This document shows positions 37,598-47,972 of a stretch of DNA of 64,000 nt, one piece after another. Source of the stretch: Candidatus Eiseniibacteriota bacterium. GTDB lineage: Bacteria > Eisenbacteria > RBG-16-71-46. The position numbers and the translations under genes were made by a program. How positions within the stretch are numbered: the stretch's first letter is position 1; the number at the start of each line of letters is the position of its first letter. The notes beneath the pieces were generated by a model. That model saw only the letters and a program-made list of their open reading frames with translations, did no database searches and was not told where the DNA came from. The stretch is taken from NCBI GenBank assembly GCA_963725865.1, contig CAVSAC010000014.1:320001-384000 (forward strand), in the 5' to 3' direction.

Positions 37598-39228
37598 GGT
37601 TCCACCCCGTCCACGCGCAGCGCGCGGGTCTCGGTGAGCGTCGCGCCGCCGCTGCTCGCGCGCGCGCGCAGCGCCACCACGTAGAGCCCGGGCCGCAGCG
37701 CCACGGCATCCCAGTCGAGCGTGCCGCGCGCCGGCACCGCAGCGTCGTCGAGCGCCCGCGCCACGCGGCGGCCGGCCAGGTCGTACACGTCGACCGCCGC
37801 GACCGCGCGAGGCCACGGCAGCTCCCACGCCAGTCGCGCATGCGTCGCGCCCGGGCGCAGGCGGCGCGGCGCGACCTCGAAGCGCGAGGCCAGCGCGGCG
37901 AGGCTCGCCGGTGGGCCCAGCGGCGTGCCCCCGCTTTCGAGCGCCGGCCACCAACCGCCCTCGCGCCACTCGAGCGGAACGCCGGCCGGCACGCCGGCGG
38001 CGGAGTAGTCGACGCGCACGCACGCCGCGCCGTCCTCGCGCAGCACCACCGCGTCGGCCACGCCGCTCGAGTCGTCGCTGTTGTTGAGCGCGGGCCACGG
38101 AGCACCCTGCCAGACCCGGCGCGGATCGAGCGCCGGGAAGCGCGCGAGCAGCGCCGCGCGATCCTGCGCCAGCACCGCCAGGCTCTCGGGCTCCAGTGCG
38201 CCGTCGCCGCCCGTGAGCTTCGCGCGTGTGCTGCCGCGATCGGACAGCGTGAACGCGGTCAGGTCGAGCGGCGCGCCGGAGGCGTTGCGCACCTCGACCC
38301 ACTCGCCCTCGGCGGCCGCAGGATGGAACTGGATCTCGGTCACCGCCAGCGCGCACGGTCCGACCGCGAGCGCCAGCGAGTCGGCGTCGTCGGCCGAGGC
38401 CTCGTCACCGGCGAGCCGCACCGTGGCCGTCAGTATCCAGCGTCCGGCCGCAAGCGGCGGCAGGTCGAGCGCGAACGCCGCCGTGTCGCCCGGCAGCAGC
38501 GCGCCGAGTGAGAGCGGCGGCGCCGTGCGGGCGTCCGCGCCCACGCGTGCCACGACCTCGATCGCCGCTGCCCCGGCGGCGAGCGTGTCGGTGCCGGCGT
38601 TGGCGACCGCGCCCGCCAGCCGCGCGGGCACATCAGCGTCGGGCCGCTCGGGAGTCACCGCCAAAGATCCCGCCACCATCGCCGCGTCGCGCCGCGCGAG
38701 ATTCGCGCGCCCCGGCGACGGCGTGGCGCCGCGGAAGTCGAGCGCGTTGCTGCCGAGGTCCGCCAGGTCGGGCACGCGAGCGAGCGACTGCCCCGACGCC
38801 ACGTCGGGCGCCGCGGCGCCGCAGAAGTACTCGGGGAACTCGTGCACACCCCAGCCCGCCACCTCGGTGGCGCCGTCGGGCCACACCAGTCGCATCGCGT
38901 CGGGCCCGTTCTGCAGGTCGAGCGTCACGGTGGCATCCGGCGCGGGCAGCACGTTCGCGCCGCCGATCACGAAGCGCGCGCCTGCGCGCAGCGTGTCGCG
39001 CGCGGTGCCGGTCCACTTGAGCGTCCAGCGCGCGGTGCCCGAGCCGTCGCCGGCCTCGAGCCGCAGCCCCGCGAGCGGGAACGGCGCCGCGCCCGGGTTG
39101 AACAGCTCCACGAACTCCCAGCCGGTGTCATCGCCGGGCGCGTCGTAGTACACCTCGGTCACGATCGGATGCGCGACCGGCGCGCAGGCGGCGAGCGCCA
39201 GCGGCAGCGCCAGCACGAGAGCGGGCAT
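37594..39228 (-). CDS. Secreted protein with two lamin-tail domains, a CARDB-like domain and FlgD-like C-terminus
   Basis: IVTEVYYD...EFVELFNP; VTEIQF...EWVEVRN; VYDLAGRRV...PGLY. Confidence 0.75.
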   Translation of the reverse strand: MPALVLALPLALAACAPVAHPIVTEVYYDAPGDDTGWEFVELFNPGAAPFPLAGLRLEAGDGSGTARWTLKWTGTARDTLRAGARFVIGGANVLPAPDATVTLDLQNGPDAMRLVWPDGATEVAGWGVHEFPEYFCGAAAPDVASGQSLARVPDLADLGSNALDFRGATPSPGRANLARRDAAMVAGSLAVTPERPDADVPARLAGAVANAGTDTLAAGAAAIEVVARVGADARTAPPLSLGALLPGDTAAFALDLPPLAAGRWILTATVRLAGDEASADDADSLALAVGPCALAVTEIQFHPAAAEGEWVEVRNASGAPLDLTAFTLSDRGSTRAKLTGGDGALEPESLAVLAQDRAALLARFPALDPRRVWQGAPWPALNNSDDSSGVADAVVLREDGAACVRVDYSAAGVPAGVPLEWREGGWWPALESGGTPLGPPASLAALASRFEVAPRRLRPGATHARLAWELPWPRAVAAVDVYDLAGRRVARALDDAAVPARGTLDWDAVALRPGLYVVALRARASSGGATLTETRALRVDGVEP

Positions 39229-39454
39229 GTGGCTTCCGCGCGGGAGCGGGTGCGGCGAGGCGAGGGCGCGGATGCGGGGTGCCGATGAGTCGGGCAATCA
39301 CCGTGCCGCGCGGGCTGCGGCGCCGGGGGCTGACGCGGCGCCACAGCGCCGCGCGGCCGGCGCGATGGCCGCGGGACGCCACCGGCGCGCGAGCCCGCGC
39401 GCCCCGTGCGCTCGCCCATGGACAGCGGGCCCGCGAACGTGGAATCTCCCGCCC

Positions 39455-40595
39455 ATGATCCTGGCTTCGCTGCTCCCCGGCATCGCCGGCGCGCTGATCG
39501 TGATGGTCGTCCTGTGGGACGCCTTCGAGACCATGCTGGTGCCGCGGCGCATCGGGCGGCGGGTGCGCCTGACGCGCTACTTCTACATCGCGAGCTGGCG
39601 CCTGTGGCAGGCGGTGGCGGGGCGCATCCGCAAGCCGTCGCGGCGCGAGTACCTGCTGGGCTTCTACGCGCCGCTGTCGCTCATCCTGCTGCTGGTGTGC
39701 TGGGCGAGCGGGCTGATCGCGGGCTTCGCGCTGCTCCAGCTCGCGCTCGGCGGCGCCACCGGCGAAGCGCCGCGCCACCTGGGCACGCTGCTCTACATGA
39801 GCGGCGAGACGTTCTTCACGCTCGGCTTCGGCGACATCGTGCCGTCGACCGGCTGGGGGCGCGCGCTCTCGGTGCTGGAGTCCGGGACGGGCTTCGGCTT
39901 CCTGGGCACCGTGATCGGCTACCTGCCGACCGCGTACTCGGCGTTCTCGCAGCGCGAGATCGAGATCTCGCTGCTCGACGCGCGCGCCGGCTCGCCGCCC
40001 ACCGCGGCCGAGTTCCTGGCTCGCACCCGTGCCGCCGGCGAGCGCTCGCTGCAGGACGAGTTGCTGCGCGACTGGGAGCGCTGGTCGGCGCAGGTGCTGG
40101 AGACCCACATCTCCTACCCGCTGCTCGCCTACTACCGCTCGCAGCACAGCAACCAGTCGTGGCTCGGCGCGCTCACCGCGATCCTCGACTCGAGCGCGCT
40201 GATCGTGGCCGGCATCGAGGGCATGCCCTCGGAGCAGGCGCAGCTCACGTTCGCGATGGCGCGCCACACGCTGGTGGACGTGACGCAGATCTTCGTGCCG
40301 CACTACACGCCCGCGCGCGCCCGAGCGCCTGGGCGCCGACGCGCTGCGGCGGCTGCGCGAGCAACTCGCCGAGGCGTCGATCCGGGTGCCCGATTCACCC
40401 GAGTTCGTGGAGCGGCTGACCGCGCTGCGCAAGCTGTACGAGCCGTACGCGCAGGCGCTCGCCGCGCACCTGATGCTCGAGCTGCCCGGCTGGCTGCCCG
40501 CCGACGGCCATCGCGACAACTGGCGCGGCGGCCCGTGGGACCGCCAGCTCGGCACCCGCGAGACGACGGTGTTCCCGGGGGACGAGCATTTCTGA
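39455..40595 (+). pseudogene. Potassium channel family (Ion_trans_2) protein with apparent frameshift near 40311-40320
   Basis: LYMSGETFFTLGFGD pore; SYPLLAYYRSQH; C-terminal part (..YEPYAQALA..) is in another frame. Confidence 0.7.
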
Positions 40596-40652
40596 GGGGA
40601 GGAAGATGGTGGAGGGCGGAGCGGAGATCCGTAGGAAGCGCTTCTCGGGCAT

Positions 40653-43109
40653 TCAGCGAAGGACGATGAACTTCCGCGTGACGACCTTTCCGCCGGCGGC
40701 GAGCCGGCAGAAGTAGACGCCTTCCCGCCAGCCCTTCGAGTGGAGGCGGACCTCGTGGACGCCCGCGGTGAACTCGGCGTCTCGAAGTACCGAAGCGACC
40801 CGCCTTCCCTGGATATCGAGGACTTCCAAGCGAACAGGCCCTGCCGACGGAAGTGCGAGTCGGACCGAAGCGTCTGAATGAACGGGATTGGGTGAAACTC
40901 GATTCATCGCGACGTAGGCGGGACGCGGCAGAGGCTCCGGAATCGGCGGCGCGAACGAGAAAGCCGTGAGACTCGCCGAGGGGATCAGGCCCGCCCGGCG
41001 TTGGGCACCTCCTACAAACATCGACTGGTCGAATACCGCGAGTGAGAGGACCCCGCCATCCAGGTCCGCGTCCCACGGCAGGCGCTCCCCAGTTCTCGTG
41101 TCGAACGCAACGAGCAGCTTGCACTCTTCACTCGCGATGCGAGTGAAACTCCCGCCGACGAACAGTGTGTCTCCAATGGTAGCGAAGCTCGTGATCTCCG
41201 AGTTAGCATCCGCAGCCCAATCGAGCACTTTGCCGGTCCTGGCGTTGACGGCCGCCAAGTTTGTGTGTGGTTGTCCGCCCACCGAGTTGAATCTCCCGCC
41301 GACAAACGCGGTGTCGCCGACAAAGGCGATCGTGTTCGCCCAGTTGTCGGTCTCAGGATTCCACTCGAGGACGGCTCCCGTCTTGGCATCGACCGCAGCG
41401 AGCCCCTTACGCGTCTGACCGCCGATCGTCCAGAAGAAGCCCGCCACGTAGACAGTGTCTCCTCGCAGGGCAAGTCCGTGCACGTCGCTCGCCGCATTGG
41501 GATTCCAACTCGTCAGCTCGCCCGTCGCAAGATCGAATGAGGCCAGCCGACCTCGCGGCTGTCCGCTCATCGAGGTGAAGTACCCGCCCGCGAACAGAGT
41601 GTCGCCAGACACGACGAGCGACCCGACGACACTGTTGGCCGACGGATCCCATTCGGTCGCAGCGCCGGTAAGCGTATCGAGGGACGCCAATCCGTATCGG
41701 ACCTGCCCGCCTATCGTGGAGAAGTACCCACCGACGTAGATCCGCTCATTGTGCGCAGTCAGCGCCGTGACGATGTAGCCGTCCGGATTGGGTATCCAGT
41801 TCTTGACCGCACCAGTGGTGAGGTCGAATGAGGCGAGGTCCTTTCGACGTGTCCACTCGTCACCGGCGCATGTGAAGGCACCGCCGGCGTAGACGGTGCC
41901 TCCACTCAATGCGACCGTCTCAGCAGGATCGTTCAGACGCGGATCGAATTCGGTCGGCACTCCGGACTGAAGGCTGAGCCCCGCAAGGTATCGGCGAGCT
42001 ACTCCAGCAATGCTACTGAAACCGCCGCAGACGTAGAGGACCGAATCCTGGAGGGCCATCGCCAGAATGTCCGGACCCGGGTCGGGGTTCCAGCCCGTCA
42101 CGGCGCCGCTCGCGAGTTCCACCTCTGCGAGCCCCCCGCGAGGCTCTCCGCCAATCTCGGTGAAATGCCCTGCGACGAACACCGCGCCCGCGTGCACGAT
42201 CAGAGCGCAGACGTATGGACTGCCGAAGTAGCTATCGTCGGGACCGGCCACATGAGGATCCCAACTCGTCACCGAGCCGGTCGTCGCGCTGACTGCGGCG
42301 AGACCATATCGGGATCTGCCACCAATGCTCGAGAATCCGCCGCCGACATAGATCGTGTCGCCGACGGCTACCAGGGCACGAACGGAACGGAAACCAACTT
42401 GAACGTCCGGATCCCACGCCGCCGCCAAGCCTGTGGTTGGGTCGACAGCAGCCAGACGACTTCGGAGTTCGCCGCCGATGGTCGAGAAGTCGCCGCCTAC
42501 GTACAGCAGCCCACGATGCAGGACGAGCGTTCGCACTCGCAGGTCTGCGCTCGGGTCCCATGACGTGGATTCACCGCTGCTCAACTCAAGCGCAGCGAGA
42601 CATCTCCTGGCCTGACCCCCAATGTGAGTGAAGCTTCCCCCCACGTAGAGCGTCGAGCCGTCCTTCAGCAGCGCCAGCACCTCATCGTCGGGATCCGGCC
42701 TCCAGTTGGCTACTCGTCCATCTCCCAGGACGTGAGCAAGATTCGAACGCGGCAAGTCGCCTACGGCGACGAATAAGCCTCCGAGGTACCAACCTCCCGA
42801 TCCGTCCGGGATCACCACACGGACTACCCCTGTCACCCGCGGATAGCCAGGGACCACAGCACCGGACCGACCATCCAGCGGCACGCCGCCACCCGAGTTC
42901 GGTCCTACGTTCAGAAAGGAGCCTCCTATGTAGAGCGTGTTCCCCAGGCGGACAGCCGTGGTGACCACGCCGTCGGTTCCCCACAAAGTAGGATCGACCC
43001 TCTGCGATGAAGCCGGCGGCGTTCCGAGCAGGGTCATCAGCAATCCGAGCACGATGACTCTAGGGACTGGAGCGCTTGTCCTTTCGCTTAGAACACCCGT
43101 CGACGCCAT
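40653..43109 (-). CDS. Module 1 gene B: secreted 14-repeat beta-propeller protein with T9SS/FlgD-like C-terminal domain
   Basis: 14 GGxF-type repeats; SPNP...DIQGRRV...GVYFCRL..TRKFIVLR. Confidence 0.8.
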   Translation of the reverse strand: MASTGVLSERTSAPVPRVIVLGLLMTLLGTPPASSQRVDPTLWGTDGVVTTAVRLGNTLYIGGSFLNVGPNSGGGVPLDGRSGAVVPGYPRVTGVVRVVIPDGSGGWYLGGLFVAVGDLPRSNLAHVLGDGRVANWRPDPDDEVLALLKDGSTLYVGGSFTHIGGQARRCLAALELSSGESTSWDPSADLRVRTLVLHRGLLYVGGDFSTIGGELRSRLAAVDPTTGLAAAWDPDVQVGFRSVRALVAVGDTIYVGGGFSSIGGRSRYGLAAVSATTGSVTSWDPHVAGPDDSYFGSPYVCALIVHAGAVFVAGHFTEIGGEPRGGLAEVELASGAVTGWNPDPGPDILAMALQDSVLYVCGGFSSIAGVARRYLAGLSLQSGVPTEFDPRLNDPAETVALSGGTVYAGGAFTCAGDEWTRRKDLASFDLTTGAVKNWIPNPDGYIVTALTAHNERIYVGGYFSTIGGQVRYGLASLDTLTGAATEWDPSANSVVGSLVVSGDTLFAGGYFTSMSGQPRGRLASFDLATGELTSWNPNAASDVHGLALRGDTVYVAGFFWTIGGQTRKGLAAVDAKTGAVLEWNPETDNWANTIAFVGDTAFVGGRFNSVGGQPHTNLAAVNARTGKVLDWAADANSEITSFATIGDTLFVGGSFTRIASEECKLLVAFDTRTGERLPWDADLDGGVLSLAVFDQSMFVGGAQRRAGLIPSASLTAFSFAPPIPEPLPRPAYVAMNRVSPNPVHSDASVRLALPSAGPVRLEVLDIQGRRVASVLRDAEFTAGVHEVRLHSKGWREGVYFCRLAAGGKVVTRKFIVLR

Positions 43110-43224
43110 CGCAACCCCAGACAGTCGTGGCTACATCCAGCGAACGGGCACGATTCCGCTGGCGCGAGAGTACGAGCGCACATATTCGACTCCGATTCGA
43201 TCCGGCAATCGCAACGTCGCCCGG

Positions 43225-45352
43225 TCACCTGATGAGTGGAACGCTTACCGTGTGCCCCGTTCTGCCCGCGGCGAGTCGCACGAAGTAGACTCCGCTCTTG
43301 GCCAGACTCCCGCTTCCGTCGCGACCATCCCAAACGAGATCGGTCCTGCCCTGCGGAAGTTCCCCATCGGCGATTGTCCGCAACCGTCGTCCCATCACGT
43401 CGTAAACCACGAGTTGAACTCGCATCCGAGCCGGCAATTCGACCCTCAGGGCAACTCGAGAGTGCGCCGGTCGCATTCCGATTAGCTGCAGGCCCGGCAC
43501 GCGAACCACCGATCGGACATCCTCTACGTCGGCGGCACTCGGACAACCCATGCCAAACAAGTAGGGCGACGAAGCAGGCTGCATTTGGGTGATGCTGATG
43601 CAGACGTTGACGTCGTTCCAGGCTGCCAGGTACTCGATGTCGTTTGCCTCGCTCATCTGCAGGTACTCGGTTGCGTGCCATTCCGGCACATTGAACGCCT
43701 GCAGCGGCGGCACCAGCGACAGCAGTTTCTGGACGGGGCTCCAACGTGCGCCAGCACTCACAGTGTCGATGGGGCTGAACTCGTTTGATTCGCACCAGAC
43801 GGAGTCGTTGTCAATCGTGCTGAACAACCACCATCTGCCGTCTCGCAAGAATGCATGAGGCGACTCGACCACATAGGGGCCGTTCTGGCCCAGCGGGCTT
43901 ACCCATTCCCGATGCGTGTTCCAAAGTGGATACGTCTCGCCCCACGAATCGAAGTCACCGTGAGATCGCGCGACGCCGACGACCATTTCTGGAGAGTAAT
44001 CCCTCGATACCGTAGCGAAGTACATCAGCCAATCGCCGGGAACGTCTGGATCCTCCATGACGAAGGGGTCGCGAAGTTGGGTTTGGCCCTGATACGGCAC
44101 GCCACCCGGCGTCGGCGTTGGATCGGCCCACGGGATTTGGTTGGGATTCAGAGATGTGACTTCGAGCACGCTGTCGCCTTGGATCCAGGTGATGAGGTCG
44201 GTCGACGTCGCGTGCCCGATGCGCTGATTCGAGTTCACGTCAGCAGCTGCGTAGAACATGTGGTAGGTGAGGCCGCGCCTGACGATGCTCGGGGCCCATA
44301 CATGGAGGCTGTCGAAGCGGCCACCACGAGTTCTGATCGCCGCGGTGTCGATCACGGTCCAGCCCCCGAGACTGTCGGAGACGGCGTGTCCTATGTTCTT
44401 CTCGGTGTCGGCGTTCTGCAGATACTGGTTCTTGCGGATGTAGAAGAGATGGAACGTCCAGCTCCCTGAGGGCGTCCACCCGCCCGGTACAAAGGCGAAA
44501 TCCTTCGGCTGGATCAAGTAGGGGTCGTGATCCGGCCAGACCTCGCGCATCCTTCGTTCACACCCCTCGGGATCGTCCAACAGCAGGGTTGAGGGCGGCG
44601 GTGGATCGGCGGGTACCAATGCCGAAGCGACCAGCGTATCGCCCGCCATGGCTTCCACAGCGCACTCTGGCACTTGTGCAGCCAATTGCGCGGTTGCGAA
44701 GACCGAGCCATCACTCTGCGAAAACACTGCCAGTGGCTGTCTCCACGAGTGGTCAACCGCTGCCAATTGGAGCTCGAGCACGCTCGCGAGCCCGATGCCC
44801 ACGACGTGGAGGCGAAATTCGGTTGATTGGTGAATCGAGGTCGCTCGCAGAATCACCGTCGGGTACTCCCCCCACGCTCCACCATTGAACACGACCTCGT
44901 TCGACTCGATCACCTGCGTGGAATCGCTCGGATCCAGCGCCACCGCCTTGAACCGCCCGCGGCTCTCGGCAGGCAGGTCCAGCAGGTACTGGGCGATCGT
45001 CGACGCTGGTCCATCCTCCGAGCAGAAGTGGATCGTCCGCAGATGCGCGGCGCTGTCGGCCGACGTGGCAGGCTCGTCGACCGCGGACACCTGCGCCATG
45101 TCCTCCGCGCAGCGCGAGCTGTTCGTCGATCGGCACCGGGTTGATGTCGGTGCTGCTATCGGCGACCCACAGCAGTCGCCACTCCGCGGGCAATCGCGAC
45201 TCGCTCGAGTCCGCCTGCACCACCAGCGTGCAGCGCGTCGCCTCTGCAAAGCTCAGCGTGGTCGCGCCAGAGCCCCAGTGGAGCTGCAGCGCGGATGACG
45301 GGCGTGGAATGAACATGGCCATGAGAACCAGAACCCCGAGGATGCGGCACAT
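43225..45352 (-). pseudogene. Module 1 gene A: GH32/GH43-like propeller protein with a +1 frameshift near 45112
   Basis: N-terminus in ORF 44753-45352, remainder in ORF 43225-45249; one extra base relative to both paralogs. Confidence 0.75.
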
Positions 45353-45722
45353 GGAGCGGCCTCCATTGTACTGCGGGGTGGGCTGCAGCGGTGGGCTCGA
45401 GGGTGGGTGCGCTCACGACGTGCGGCGGAGCGGAGCCATCACGGCGAAGCGGTGCGAGCGACCGCGCGAGGAGGGTGTGCAGGCAGGGACCGTGCGCGAA
45501 GGCGAGGGGCCTGAGGAGCAACTGCGGCACGGCGGCGGACATGATCGATGCCTTCGAAGGCAGCGGGCCGCGCGAGTGAGGGTGCCGCGCGCGCGAGGTC
45601 GATGCGTCGCGCACACGCATGGGGCGCCCGAGACACGGGCGAGTCAAAGGAGATTCGCAACGGGATGGAGAAACGGCCCATCTCCGCCGACCCTCACGAC
45701 TTCGGGGCGCCTCGCCTTGCCG
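45353..45722 (-). promoter_or_regulatory. Module 1 leader (no poly-G; TTGACT at the equivalent position)
   Basis: Shares GGCACGGCGGCGGACATGATC, GGGCCGCGCGAGTGAGGGTGCCGCGC and CGGGATGGAGAAAC with the other leaders. Confidence 0.65.
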
Positions 45723-47867
45723 CTATGGCAGCCCGCGCCTGCGCCGCCACGCCCACTCGACGCTCAGCATCGCAACGATGAGCGCGAACACCCACGGCGA
45801 CTCCCACAGCCGCACCGACGCCGACGCGCGGCGCGCCAGCGCGTGCGCGGGCAGCGCGCGCGCCCAGCGCTCGACGTCGGCGGTGCCGGTCACGCGCCCG
45901 CCCGCGGCCTGCGCCATCGCGGCCAGGCCCGCGCTGTCGGGCTCGACGCGCGCCTCCTCCAGGCTCCAGCGGTCGACCGCGAACTCGGTGCGCGAGCGAC
46001 CCAGCTCACGGCCGGCCTTGCGCGCGCTGGCACTCACGCTCCAGCGGCCGGGCGGCAGGCCGTCGAGCGCCGCCTCGTAGGCGCCGGCGCCGCGCGGCTC
46101 GAACGTCACGCGCCGCTCGCGCCCGCCCGCGGTGCGCAGCGTGCCCTCGACCGCCGCACCGGCGACCGGCTTGAACGCGTCGTCCTGCAGCGTGGCGAAC
46201 AGCCGCACGGTTTCCCCACTCGCGGTCACCAGGCGCTCGGCGCGCACGCGCAGCGGCTCGCCCTGCACCGGCTCGGCGAGCCAGCGCGTGATGCGCCGCC
46301 ACAGCCGCCGGCCGCGCTCGGCGCTGAGCTCGTCGTGGCTCGTCAGCGACCAGCGCCACACGCCGGTGCCGTTGACGAACAGCGCCTGCCCGCGCCCGAT
46401 GCGGCGCGAGAACATCAGCGGCGGGCCGGGCGCCGAGGCGGCGATCAGCACGCGGTCGGCGGCCGACAGCGCGACCGGCGCCAGGTCCGACAGCGGTGCC
46501 GCCGCTCGCCAGGCGCCCTCGCCGCGCGCGGGGTCGTCGTCCCACGCGGTCAGCTCGCGCCCGCCGGCGGTGGGCGCGGGCGAGGCGCTGCGCGCGAACA
46601 GGTCGGGGTCGAGCGGCACCTTCAGCTCGGCCGCGAGCGCGCCCACGCCGAACCGCGTCACGCCGGGCGCGGGGCCGCCGAGCAGCAGCAGTCCGCCGCC
46701 GCCGCGTGCGAAGTCGGCGAGCGCGCGGTCGAACGCCGCGCTCACCTCGGTCGGCGCGAGCCCGTCGAGCACCACCACCGCGATGCCCTTGAGCTCGCCC
46801 GCGCCGGGGGCGTCCACGCGGCGCGCGCGGGCCAGCTCGCGCCAGCCGTCGCGGTCGCGCGCCAGCGCGCGCACCGCCAGGCTCGAGTCCCCGGCCAGCG
46901 CGCGCCGCAGGAACGTCAGGTCCCAGTTGGGCGCGGCACTCACGATCAGCACGCCGAGCCGGCCGGGTGCCACCTCGACCGCGGCGAGCCGCGCGTCGTC
47001 GGCGCGGCTGGCGTCGCCGCGCAGCGAGTCCACCCGCGCCTGCCACACCGCCAGGCCCGCGTGCGCCGGCGTCACGCGCAGCTCGGCCACCGCCTCGGCG
47101 CCGCCGCCGGGCGCGATCACGGTGGCGCGCGCCAGCTCGCGGCCGTCCTCGAGCACCCGCACCGGAACCGGCGTGCCGCGCGGCTCGCTGGTGGTCACGT
47201 GCACGCGCACCGGCGTGGCCTCGCCGACGCGCGCGGTCGCCGGGGTCTCGACCTCGGTCACCGCACGATCGGGCGCCTCGCCGCTGCCGATCACCACCGC
47301 GTGCACCGGCAGGCCGAGCGCGCGCGCGGCGGTGGCGGGATCCGCGCCCGCATTGACCGCGCCGTCGCTCACCACCACCACGCCGTCGGCGCGCCGGCCG
47401 GCGGGGGTCGCGGGCAGTGCCGCGATCGCATCGCCCAGCGCGGTGGCGCCGCGCGCGCCCACGCCGCTGGTGTCGGCGGCGAGCCGGCTCGCGAACGGCA
47501 CCACCTCGAGCCGCGCGCGGCCGCCCCACGCGCGCTCGAGCGATCGCACCGCGCGCTCGGCGAGTGCCGCGCGCGCGGGCCCGCCGGGCGAAGCGGGCAG
47601 CGCCATGCTGGTCGAGCGGTCGAGCAGCACCACGAGCCGCGCGGGGCCGGCGCCGCTCGCGCGCTCGAGCACCGGTTGCGCGAGCAGCAGCGCGAGGGCG
47701 ACGAACGCCAGCACGCGCAGCGCGGTCAGCGCGCGCCGCGCGAGCGCCGGCAGCGGCGGCACCCGGAAGCGGTACGCCCACACGCCGAGCGCCGCCAGCG
47801 CCAGCGCCACCAGCAGCAGGGCGATCCAGGGAGCGTTCGGCGCCAGGTGGAACGAGAGATCGGTCAC
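45723..47867 (-). CDS. Membrane-anchored vWA-domain / glutamine-amidotransferase-like-domain protein
   Basis: Two N-terminal TMs; LLDRSTSM MIDAS, TALGDA, SDG..NAG; GGGLLLLGG; C-terminal TM ending EWAWRRRRGLP. Confidence 0.75.
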   Translation of the reverse strand: MTDLSFHLAPNAPWIALLLVALALAALGVWAYRFRVPPLPALARRALTALRVLAFVALALLLAQPVLERASGAGPARLVVLLDRSTSMALPASPGGPARAALAERAVRSLERAWGGRARLEVVPFASRLAADTSGVGARGATALGDAIAALPATPAGRRADGVVVVSDGAVNAGADPATAARALGLPVHAVVIGSGEAPDRAVTEVETPATARVGEATPVRVHVTTSEPRGTPVPVRVLEDGRELARATVIAPGGGAEAVAELRVTPAHAGLAVWQARVDSLRGDASRADDARLAAVEVAPGRLGVLIVSAAPNWDLTFLRRALAGDSSLAVRALARDRDGWRELARARRVDAPGAGELKGIAVVVLDGLAPTEVSAAFDRALADFARGGGGLLLLGGPAPGVTRFGVGALAAELKVPLDPDLFARSASPAPTAGGRELTAWDDDPARGEGAWRAAAPLSDLAPVALSAADRVLIAASAPGPPLMFSRRIGRGQALFVNGTGVWRWSLTSHDELSAERGRRLWRRITRWLAEPVQGEPLRVRAERLVTASGETVRLFATLQDDAFKPVAGAAVEGTLRTAGGRERRVTFEPRGAGAYEAALDGLPPGRWSVSASARKAGRELGRSRTEFAVDRWSLEEARVEPDSAGLAAMAQAAGGRVTGTADVERWARALPAHALARRASASVRLWESPWVFALIVAMLSVEWAWRRRRGLP

Positions 47868-47972
47868 GAGCTCGTGGAGGAGGGTGGGATCGGGCAGGCG
47901 TGCGGAACCCGCACGAGACTAGGGAGCCGCGCGGCGTGGGGCAAGCCCGATGCGGGCCTCTCTCCGCGCTCG

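Noticed and set aside
22667..45352. Diversity-generating retroelement as the source of paralog variation
   Set aside because: No reverse transcriptase and no template/variable repeat pair differing specifically at adenines; variation is spread through the genes and includes indels
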